64,000 bases of DNA from Eledone cirrhosa (lineage: Eukaryota), in contig OZ024740.1 of NCBI GenBank assembly GCA_964016885.1, positions 134,230,001 through 134,294,000 of the forward strand. Direction: 5' to 3'. Shown piece after piece: positions 28,633-39,995 of this stretch. The position numbers and the translations under genes are program-made. Under the pieces are notes generated by a model. That model saw only the letters and a list, made by a program, of their open reading frames with translations. It was not told the DNA's origin and made no database searches. Positions within the stretch are counted from its first letter, which is position 1. Each line of letters starts with the position of its first letter.

Positions 28633-28879
28633 CCTCATTACACAATGCTTCAAGTGAACTATAACTTCCTCCTATATATATATATATATATATATACACT
28701 AAAGTCCGAAGTGGGCTCGATAAAGATTATATATATATAAAATACGTGTATAAAAACTCGTAGAGCAAATATTTTTATATATCTACAGATTGAAGTTTAA
28801 GCAAAGAATCGCTGCTTTCACCCTTTTACGGGATTCTTTGCTTAAACTTTAATCTGTACATGTAATAAATATATATATA

Positions 28880-30030
28880 GCAGGATCAAACAAATAACAC
28901 CTCCGCAATCACAATAGTAACACGGGACCTTCAACTTGAGTCACTATTCTATCTTCCTCTTAGCTTACTACACTCTACCAAACCAAAACGAAGCTTGAAT
29001 AACAAACGTACATGCCTATCGAAGCCCGCTACCACATCTACCGCTACCTCAGATGTCGGAATGAAAAATACCTTAACCGACTTGCACTATTACAATGTAA
29101 CTGCAGACGAGCCAATAGTCGCCTCCTATTGCCTAATTATAATAAGCCTAGGGACATACACATCTAACTTCTTTTAGAAAAGATGCAGTCTTTTAAAAAT
29201 CTGGAGCTTCGCAAGTCAACCGCAATGGCTAAACAAATATGGATCTTAAAGCAGAAAAAGGTGGAGTGTGAGCTGTGGTGTTCGATTCTACGTTTTGCCC
29301 ACCCCTTTCGACACGAGAGAAAGGATTGTGATCTTTGCACGAGAGAAGTGTTGGAAATTATGACAGGGAAAAATTTATTAAATTCTTGACAGGATAGACT
29401 ATTTAATTGTAATCATAAATATCTAAAAGCTTTCTCTAGATATAGTCCACGCTAACCTATGATTTGATCTCACAACTCTATATCCATTTTCCTAGGAACT
29501 GCATCTCTTTTGACTGGCTATTTTCATGACTTTTGACTGGCTATTTTGACTGGCGCCAAATCTAGTATTCCAATCTCTATGATCACGAAACATCCTTTTT
29601 ATCTCTGATGGTCATTTCTCATCTAAACCTATAAATCAATCACACCAGCTAACACCAAATGGTTTTTACGTCTGGTTTCTTTTCATCACAATAGACACTC
29701 CCCTTTCCTAAAATCGTCTTCTTTGAACTATAGAATGAATCCTTTCAGCCAATGACATTTCCTACTTCAACAGTACCATCAAAAATTGAGGCCGGCTGGC
29801 TACTATCTTCACCTACACAAATATACATAAAAAATACTTACTATTTGTTATTTCATTAATCTCTGAAGATTTGCCGAACACAGACATAATTCGAGTGAGT
29901 GAATAGAAAAGATATTCCCATTTAGTTATTGTGGATGATTATAAATCGGTAATGAAACACATGTTAGATTATTTAATCAAATAAATCTTTTTTCAAATTT
30001 CTCCTAATTCCTTGTCTGTTTTCTTAATAC
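28880..30030 (+). mobile_element. Penelope-like (Naiad-type) 3' fragment: decayed GIY-YIG, UTR and hammerhead
   Basis: KSTAMAKQIWILK...W.IL....PF.....CDLCTREVLEI...LLNS*QD....C.HK parallels the C-terminus of the 38341 ORF; hammerhead at 29857-29971. Confidence 0.75.
29857..29971 (+). ncRNA. Type I hammerhead motif with extended stem II
   Basis: taatct-CTGAAGA-tttgccga...tcggtaat-GAAA-cacatg-TT-agatta; perfect 6-bp stem I. Confidence 0.72.
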
Positions 30031-30300
30031 AATATGTTGTACTAAATTACTCTGTGAATGTTTGGAACGTTGTAATGTACTGGAAAATTATATTACATAA
30101 CTCCATTAGGCAAGTTGAGGAAAATATCTGATAAGCTGTTCTTTCACTATCTTCTCATATATATAAACAGGTATGCATATATACATATTAACAGACAGAC
30201 AAATAGACAGGCACAAATGCTATATTCTGATACACACATACATACATACATACATACATACATACATACATACATACATACATACATACATACATACATA

Positions 30301-31165
30301 CATGGTGGCTGCCAACTCGTTTTCGAGTACGGCCACTACTTTATATCCATGTAGGAGAACCCCTTGCGCTGAACAAGTGTGACTTTTTAGTCCAGCCAGC
30401 GACTTGAACACTCTGGTACAAACACTACACTTGTGACAATTATTGACACATACATACATACATACATACATACATACATACATACATACATACATACATA
30501 CATACATACATACATACATACATACATACATACATACATACATGATGATGGCTGCCCCCTCGTTATCGAGTATGGCCATTGCAAGATATAACATTATTAA
30601 TAATTATTAATTAATTCTATCGTGCAATGCCTGTGCGTGAAGATATTTCTTAAAGTGAAGAAAGACTGTGCACTGAGCCAATCCCACTCTCTGAGGGACA
30701 GTAGCTATAACCCGAAAAGAAGAAAAGATCAACATCATCAGTAACTACTGAGCCGCAGGTTTTATATCGGAGTTATCCCAGTTTCCTGAGTTGCCTTCTC
30801 CTAGAAGAATGCCCTGACAAAGCCTAGGGGTCCTTCACTCCCAGTGGTTTAACCGCGCGATCGGGTGTCCAGCCCGACTATTTCTCTGTCCCCGCGCATA
30901 TACATACACATGCACCCATGTATCTCCACATGTACATATATATGTACATGTGTATATACATATTTACACACTTTTGGATGGCCGTTGACTCTTATGAGTT
31001 CTTCCGCCCTTTGTCATGTTTTGTTTTTTGTCCTGCAGGGTGTCCAAAATCACCCTCCTCACCAAGTAAACTTGGTGGGGTTGCCGGTTTAGACGCCGAC
31101 GACCCGACAATGCAACAGGTTGTACTGGGTTACATGTTACCAGTAGCACTCAAGAGTGACCCGAC
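30301..31165 (-). mobile_element. Two RTE-related non-autonomous pieces (30301-30447; 30541-31165), each embedded in (CATA)n
   Basis: CHKCSVCTRVFKSLAGLKSH; homology with 1645-2290 and 28005-28115; (CATA)n at 30238, 30448 and 31166. Confidence 0.7.
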
Positions 31166-31449
31166 ATACATACATACATACATACATACATACATACATA
31201 CATACATACATACATACATACATACATAAACACATACATACAACGAAACAGGGGATAAACATTTACGACGAAATAAAACCCCCACATTTTGGCAAATCAA
31301 CGCCTGTTTATATGCCCTAGCAACGACAGTGAAGCATTATCTTGGTGGTAGCAGAGATATTAACACAAACAAAACACCACCAAACTTAAAACACAAGATA
31401 TATTAACCTGAACAACAATAAACTAAGAAAGGGTAGTAATATTTCAACT

Positions 31450-32200
31450 CGATATCTGAAAAGATAGGTTCATGCTGATAAATGTTTGTCACTGATCCTA
31501 AATCTGGTTAAAGACTTGGGATTCGAAGAAATTAACTTTGAAATGTAGACTTGATGTGGAAGGAGTCTATGGTGTGTTACCAGCTAGCCACCTTTGTTTG
31601 CATTCAGGAATATTTGATCATGTTGATAAAACCCTTGATCGATTCTTGTATAAGAGACAAGTCCGTCTTCCACCAATACCCACGAATATCGATAGCTGAT
31701 ATTACGGAGTTATGCAGTGTGGCTGCGACCGACAGAAATGTCTTTACGATAAAGATGTCTCGTTAACTTTGATGAGAAAAAGCCTCTCCTAACCTTGACA
31801 GAGCTATACTTTGTATCTAGAGCATTATTTCCAAACACTCACAGCCCTTTAGCAAATATGCAATATGGTCGATGAACAATTCTTTACTAGAAACGTTGTT
31901 GAAGATATGCGTGACAATGTCTTCAAAATACGCAACACATTTATATCGATCCGTTGAACAGACTTTCCCCGGTGATTTTCAGGATTACGGATAATATCCA
32001 AATGTCTTTGGTTTAAAATTGTTAACCTATTGTGTAAATTGACATCTACGAATGCATTATTTAGTCAATGTCGTTCGATTGATAGGGCGAGTCTTGGATG
32101 CAAAGAGAACTTTTAAAAGTTTTGATATTCATGCTTTTTTCAAACAACTGCAATCATTGGTAAAATAAATTAAATGTTGAAACCAGGAAATGAAATAAAA
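31450..32200 (-). mobile_element. Old LINE RT remnant (RTE-X-like)
   Basis: Decayed motifs on the minus strand: HLDII (YLG-like), LLKGCECL (YGCE-like), SLTRFRISDKHL. Confidence 0.4.
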
Positions 32201-33402
32201 TGATATACTCTGTCCACTAAGAAGTTGTTTTACATGTAAATAAGATGATAGGAACTTTCTTATTTACATATGCACAAAGTGTTTCATATAAAACTATAGA
32301 TTACATCACATATGTAATGCCTCAAGTTAAACGCCAAAGCAAATGAAAATAGAAACTGCCACACCGATTCGATATGCCGAGAACAAACCCTCAATTTCTT
32401 AATGCCATTAATGCAGAGACATCATCGACAATACTACCAGTGAAATTCAGACCACTACCACTGAACATCTTCCACCACAAACACCATTCACCAAACTAGC
32501 ACCACCTTTGGAACCACTACTACTACTTGAAATAACAATAACATTTAGAACGCCATTTTAGGCTTCTCCTCGGCAAACTATGTTCTAGTTTTGCAATTCT
32601 TTTTGTTTTTGCTTTTGTTGTTGTTTTTTGTTTGTTTGTTTGTTTGTTTGTTTTTATTGTTTTTTGGCCATTTCTTTGAAATCGTTTTTACAATCAACAT
32701 GCAATGCTGCTATAACTATTGTTTTCGTAATTCTTATATATATGTGTGCTTGTGTGTGTGATAGGGAGAGACAAAGAGAGATAGAACGAATATCATCAAG
32801 TATAGTAAAAACAAGTACACCAATATAAACAATAAAAGCTACAAAATAAATTTCAAAAAATAGATAATAGTGAATAATTCTTTTTCAAAAAGTAAACAAA
32901 ATCAAGCATGAATAAATTATACAAATAAACCACCCAAGCAAACTAGCTTTGACCTTTACAGTAGCAATCTTGCAATGAACTTAATCACACGCCACCTTAA
33001 GAAGGAGAACCATCAATAAGATATCAAAGGAGACCGAGAAAGCTCGATAAAGTGATTGGGGCATTTTGAAATCGTTATTATTTTCTCGTTTTCTTTTTTA
33101 TTAGATAGATTTTCTACTAGAAATATAACACAACCACTGTTGTTTGAAACTTGCATCGTAAATTCAAATGTTAAATGTTATGCGAAGGGGTGTATGAAAG
33201 TGTGCGTACTTTCCTTTTTTGGGTATGTGTGCATATGCATACATGTGTATATGCGTGAGGAAATACACAAGTGTGTAAGTGCTTTATGCATTGTTTATAA
33301 CAACGAACGAAAAGAAAATACATATATATAAATATAATTATATGTATGTGTGCATGTATATATATATATGTATATATATACATATATATGTGTGTGTGTT
33401 TG

Positions 33403-33460
<58 letters not shown>

Positions 33461-33505
33461 CAGACATATATATATACACAAACATACATACACACACACA
33501 CACAT

Positions 33506-33609
<104 letters not shown>

Positions 33610-33839
33610 GCATATATGTACCCATGTGTGCGTCCATTCGTGTGCTAAATTATAGATAAATATTCATGTATGTATGCATATGCGTATATGAGTTGATGTG
33701 TGTGGCTGCTTGTACATCTGCATATAGATACAAACATTGGTGTCATACGCATTAAGCAACAAATCTTTGCAGACACGTAAATAGATCATTATTGAGCATG
33801 TGTATGTATACATACATGTGACATAAATATATATTATGG

Positions 33840-33882
<43 letters not shown>

Positions 33883-33905
33883 CGTGTATGTATATGTATA
33901 TAAAC

Positions 33906-33958
<53 letters not shown>

Positions 33959-34183
33959 GCTCATGTGTGTGTTGATATTTTTTTGTTTGCATGAGCAGTT
34001 TAGCATACATTTACACAATTATTTTTAAAGGTATTCATCATGAAACACTGTGATCTTTATAAATTAATTATGAAAACATGTCTACTTGCATCCTTTATTT
34101 TCATGTATAAGTGTATGTATATATATATATATATATATATAATGTGCGTGTGTGTGTGTATTTGAGTGTTTGTGTGCGTTTTC

Positions 34184-34224
<41 letters not shown>

Positions 34225-34277
34225 ATGTATATGTGTATATATATATATGTATATGTGTGTGTGTGTGTGTGTGTATG

Positions 34278-34336
<59 letters not shown>

Positions 34337-34546
34337 CGAGAGAGAGAGAGAAACGTACACACACATACATATATATATTTATATATACGTATGTGTTGTG
34401 TGTATACGTCTATATTTATATATTCGTGTGCATGTATTTCCTTGTCGACCCTCGAAATCTATGTGTACATTTCTGTTTGACTTTCTTTTATATTCACGCG
34501 TTTTTGTATGTGTATATGTATATATATATATATCTGTGTATGTGTG

Positions 34547-34659
<113 letters not shown>

Positions 34660-35114
34660 GATATCACCTTGATATATATGATATAAACTATCGTGCTATT
34701 ATATTGGCTCAGTATTAATGCTTTTAATGAAGTTACGTCCAAACATTGACACTACATCTTAAGCCGACCTGTCGCAATGTTTTAAAACGTCACCTTGTTT
34801 ACTTATTTATTCATCTATATATATATATATATTTATTTAGTTGCTATGTCTATATAATGTAGTGTTGCTGCAAATGTAAGTGATGCAAAGTTATGCGACT
34901 GGATTTGCGATTAAGACTGCAACAGTAAGCTGACCACAACTACTATCATCGAAAAGGAGATGTTTGAGAAATAAACATGGAGGAGGAATCTGATATTTCA
35001 TGACTAATCAAAAGATTATTGATATCATTTAAAGCGTTGTCAGAACAATAAAAAAAATCCTCTCATACATACGTAAATGTATATGTATGTATATGTATGT
35101 ACGTATATGTATGC

Positions 35115-35172
<58 letters not shown>

Positions 35173-35261
35173 TCATATACATATATATATATATATATAA
35201 ATATAGATATAGATATATATACATATATATATATAAACATATATATATATATATATATGTA

Positions 35262-36828
35262 TATAGGAAAAAGTATGACCCCGACGGCAGAGCTCAAGCC
35301 GTTTCGACGGCTATTTCTGGACTAAATTAGAATTTTTAGCCTGGTAAATAAATACCCGAACTTATCAAGAGGTACTTCTTTATATTGCCGGTGTTGGTAG
35401 AGCCGGGTCTTAAAGTGACTTTAAGACCCGGCTCTACCAACACCGACATACTTTCCGAAACCCGGTCCGGCGACATGCCACTACACTTTCGGGCCACATC
35501 TTGGGCCTCCAAGATAATAATATAACCTACAATCTCACTTGGAGATTACTGTTCAGAGCTAACTCTTACACGGGATTACGCGGTCCGTGTAACTTATGCT
35601 CGGAGGAAACATTACAAATGATGTTTTCGAAGGATCAACTCCTAAACAAGAAAGACGAACTGGTAACCGCATGCAAACACAGATTACGTAGGACTTACCT
35701 CGCCCTCAAACCCCATAACGACCCGGGTGGGTAGACAAGGGCTGATACCCCCCACTTGCCGAATAAGTTAGGGGAAACCCCAGCTTACATAGGTAGATGT
35801 ACCTCTTTTATGTTGTCTTCTTCCCCCTGTCTCATCCTATCACTTCCTTCCAACCCCGATCTTCTTCCTCGTCTGTTTTTCCCCTTCCGCCGTCCCCGAT
35901 GCAGCCCATTGGGCCTCTTTAGCCTCAGTACCCCCACCCCTGTAATTTTCAGATAGAATTGGCCGAATACGCTTTACTAACTATTTATAGCAGATGTGTT
36001 AGACCCATGTAATTTTGTATCTTTTTTGTTACTACTCCAATTCTACAATTTTTAAATTTCTTATTTAGTATTTTCTTTTCTCAACTTATTAGCCTGTAAT
36101 TGTAAGTTAGCATTGGCGGAATACGCTTTACTAACTATGTTAGCTGTGTTAGACCCCTGAAAAGTTTGCATTACATTTTTTCACTACCCACTTTTACAAT
36201 TTTAGTATTTTCCATTCTCGAATTATTAACCTTTTCTATAGCTTTGGCCATACAAGCAACACCTACTAATTATAGCAGCTGTCTCTAGACTCTACTGTTT
36301 TTTTGTTTTTTTATTCATTTCTCACTATCTATTTTATATATTTTTTTATATTTCTTTCTATTATGTTTTATTGTCTCCTACTCTCATCTGATTTACCTAT
36401 TCTATAACCTCCCTCCTCCATTTTCTCCAGAACAATTCTTCGACTTTTCATACACTATCCTTAGAATTTGCTGTATAGATATCACTTTCAACGCTTGAAC
36501 GGGTCCACTCACTCCCTCACTGTTCTACAAGCAAGTTCAGCCACCCCTACCTCCCACCAAATGCCATGATAGACTTACTTGTTTTTACAACAAATTTTGA
36601 CCAATCCTCTTGACAACTACAATCTTCCCATATAAGGAAGTACCCCTTGATAAGGTCGGTTATTTATTTACCAGGCTAAAATTTCTAATTTAGTCCAGAA
36701 ATAGCCGTCGAAACGGCTTGAGCTCTGCCGTCAGGCTCATACTTTTTCCTATTATCCACTCTACTACCCTAAGTATTGAGTACTCTGGTGCGTTATGGTC
36801 CATCTGGTTCCTTACCACATCTCCTTCG

Positions 36829-36830
<2 letters not shown>
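35262..36830 (+). mobile_element. 5'-truncated Penelope-like element with inverted pLTR at the 5' end
   Basis: 35262-35385 is the reverse complement of 36630-36753; 60-bp junction hairpin at 35388-35447; GIY-YIG tail TWRLL..A.SY.....CNLCSEE.L.....LLNKKDELV..CKH; ~150-bp UTR subrepeats; (TA)n on both sides. Confidence 0.88.
36643..36736 (+). ncRNA. Type I hammerhead with U3-A8 core variant (UUGAUAA)
   Basis: cccc-TTGATAA-ggtcggttattt...aaatagccgtc-GAAA-CGGC ttgagctct GCCG-TC-aggc; the same core is in the inverted copy at ~35277-35372. Confidence 0.72.
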
Positions 36831-36862
<32 letters not shown>

Positions 36863-36929
36863 CGTTTCTGAATTTGTTTAGCAAGATTCTTTATCTGAAA
36901 ACGTGTGTTGAAACCGATATTGTTATACT

Positions 36930-37172
36930 TTGGGAGGGTCATGTTGCCAATAAGAAACACACGCACCAGCTGCTTTCACTTCAATTTATTATAATAAATT
37001 TATAAATTTAGGAATTTATAAATTTCCGGTTGGTTGGTTGGTTCCACAACCAGATGGTTGTTTATATATTGTCAAAGTTCTTTCGTCACACATTCTGTGA
37101 CCTCTTCAGTGACTGGGATTCTTTTCTTTGTTTTTGTACCTCTCCTTTGTTCTGTCCTACGCCATCTTGTTT
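36930..37172 (-). mobile_element. Short non-coding element with hammerhead (37071-37113)
   Basis: Minus strand: gtca-CTGAAGA-G-GTCAC-agaatgt-GTGAC-GAAA-g aa c-TT-tgac; related pieces at 20553-20795 and 46278-46325. Confidence 0.8.
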
Positions 37173-37180
37173 ATATATAC

Positions 37181-37534
<354 letters not shown>

Positions 37535-39995
37535 GCTGTGACCTCTTCAGGCAGTCCGAATTAGTGTGGTATAGACAAATACATATGTTGTTGAGGTGTA
37601 TAATTTTGTCAATACTCTGATATGCCCAGTTCCTGGTTGGGTTGTTATTTCACTGAGGAACTGGAATCATATGAATTCAAACAAACGAATTTCAGTGTCA
37701 AAGGTCCTCTTCTCCTCTCACTGGTCAGTTGTTAGAACATTCCTCATTCTAAGGTGGTAAAGGAACAAAATAACAAAAAAAGTGTCAAACTTCCCATTGG
37801 TCAGTTTTGAGAGCATTCCTCAGTCAGAAGTCTATATAATTCTTTCTGGGGTGAGGCTCCCTGTAGTGTTTGTGTTTGCTATTGTTAAGTACATTTGACC
37901 TCTACCATTATTTCGGTAGTGTTGTTGGTGTTGTGGTCAGCTTATGTCTTGCTGCTGCTGACAATTTAGAAGTATCTGTGTGTGTTTTTTCTTCATCCCT
38001 CCTGCCACCATCTCTCATAGTGGTGGGGGGGGGATTCTTCCATGTACATGAATAAATATAAGTCAATAAATGAAGAAAACAGAAAATAAATAATAAATAG
38101 AGAATAAAGAACAAAGAATAAATGAAAAATTGGTGAAAAAGTAATGAAAATGTGTCTGATTCAATCTCTAGGCTATCATGGTGTCTGTTCAGCCTGGGTT
38201 GTTCTCTATGGCTTGAAGGGAGTTCACAACCTAGAGTGTTGTTACTGCCCATATAGCTTGAGGGAGGTCTGGCCGAGAGGTGTCTACATGTTCTGTAGAA
38301 TTCCCTATAGCTTGAGGGGAGTTCACATCTTCTTGTGTTGCTACTGTCCATATATCTTGAGGAAGGTCCCGGCTCTAAGGTCCCTGCATGTCCCGAAGAA
38401 GTCGGTTCTGAGGTTTATCAGGCCGGTTCCACCTCTTAGTATCTCGAGGGTCTCGTTCAGGCATAGTTTGCATATGCAAGATCCCCCTTTATCGCGTGGT
38501 ACTTTCCTTATTATGTACCAGGCCAGAGAGTACGGGGTCCTGTCCAGCTTAAGCTTCCAGATCAGGTCGGAGAGAGCCGTGCTTTTCCTTTTGGCCTCCT
38601 TATTGAATGAATGGCGATGGTTGTACCAGCGGTCTTTAAAGCTCGTGGATGTGGCTCCTATGTAGAGGTGTTTGGAGTTGGGAGTTTTAACCCTACAACC
38701 GTATACTAGGTTCTTCTTAAGGCATTCATTACCAAGGGGGCATGATTCGGGGTTTCTGCAGTTGCAGAAGGTGGTCGACCTCTGCGTGCCTAGATTAGGG
38801 TTCTCGTTATGTGTTACATGGTGATCTTCCCCAGGCACGGTGGGGGGTCCCCAGGTCTGTTTGGGTTTCTTGGGTGGGCTCTGGGTCCCCCCCCCCTTCC
38901 CTCTTTTCACATGGTTCTGCTGAGTGCTTGTATTGCCATCTTCTGGTTGTGTGTGGTTTTTAAGCCTACTCCTGTTGATGCTAGCTATGTGTTGGGCCAG
39001 ATTTCTCGTGGTGGAATACGAGAGCTTCACAGTGTGTCTGTTGAAGATCCTGTGGTATCTATGGTCCCTCGGGAAGCATTTATCAAGTGCTCCAAAGAAT
39101 GATCGGGCCAAGCTGTTCTTTAGGGCCGCTGAGTAGGGTGGGTTGTACCACGTGATTTTTCGGTGTCTCCTCCTATATGTGTGGTTCGGGGGCGTCGTGA
39201 TTTGTTGGAGATTTGTTGGGTTGCTGGTGGTTCCCGCACTGTTGCTTCCTCTTTGGGCGCTATGCTTTTTGTTATCTTCACGGCCCGAATCTGTGGGGTG
39301 GTCGTTGCCCGCGCTGGGAGATCTATCGTGGGGTGGTCCCCCGTTCCCCGCCCCCCTACGTGTCCTGCGGTTGGGGTCGTCGGTCCTGGGGTGGTTAGCG
39401 TCACCCCTTAGACTGCGACTCATATTGTGTTTCATCTCGTGGTTAAGCGTACTAGTCACCACCGCCCGTGTGGTGGTGTCGGGCACATGGTGCCTATTTG
39501 TTTCTGCTCTGCCTGTATTGTTAGGGTTCGTCCGTCCGCCCCCCCCCCCCCCCCCCCCCCCCGGAGCAGCGCAGCTGTTGGTGTCTGTTGGGCTATCCCC
39601 ATGCCGGCGTTTCGGACTATATGTTATATTTTGGCCATGTGCCGCCTTCTTTAGAGCTGCGTTGTAATATTCCGCGTTGTTATCGAAGATTTCCTTACTT
39701 GCGGACAGGCTGGAGATCCTGTCTGAGACACTCTTCACCACTGCCTTGGTTATGGATCTAGGGTGGTTTAATTTGGCGTTAACATATACGAGTTTCTCGT
39801 TGGGCTTGTGGTAAGGGTAGTATTGTTCGGTGTTCAGGTTTAGGGTGGTGTCTAGGAAGTTAACTACCTTCCTATTTGGGTCTAGTTTTATACTGAGCCC
39901 CTGGTTCTTAAAGAAATGGCGAATACGCCTCCGCATTCCCTCCAACATATTGGTGCTGTGGTCATATACTGTGAATAGAGCATCGTCACGATATA
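37535..39995 (-). mobile_element. 5'-truncated Penelope-like element, Naiad-like (RT C-half, thumb, CxCx5C, GIY-YIG, 3'UTR ending in a broken hammerhead)
   Basis: YRDDAL, VNFLDTTLNL, YHKPN...YVN...NHP, ITWYNPPYS, IFNRHTVKLSYS, CNCRNPESC, LVY..YIGAT..FKDRWYNH, CKLCLNE, LIN; CTGAAGAggtcac at 37550-37538 (minus). Confidence 0.9.

Noticed and set aside
29385-29420. In-frame TGA as selenocysteine, as described for some Naiad elements
   Set aside because: The TGA aligns to an Arg position (probable CGA to TGA decay), not a Cys, and I recognised no SECIS.
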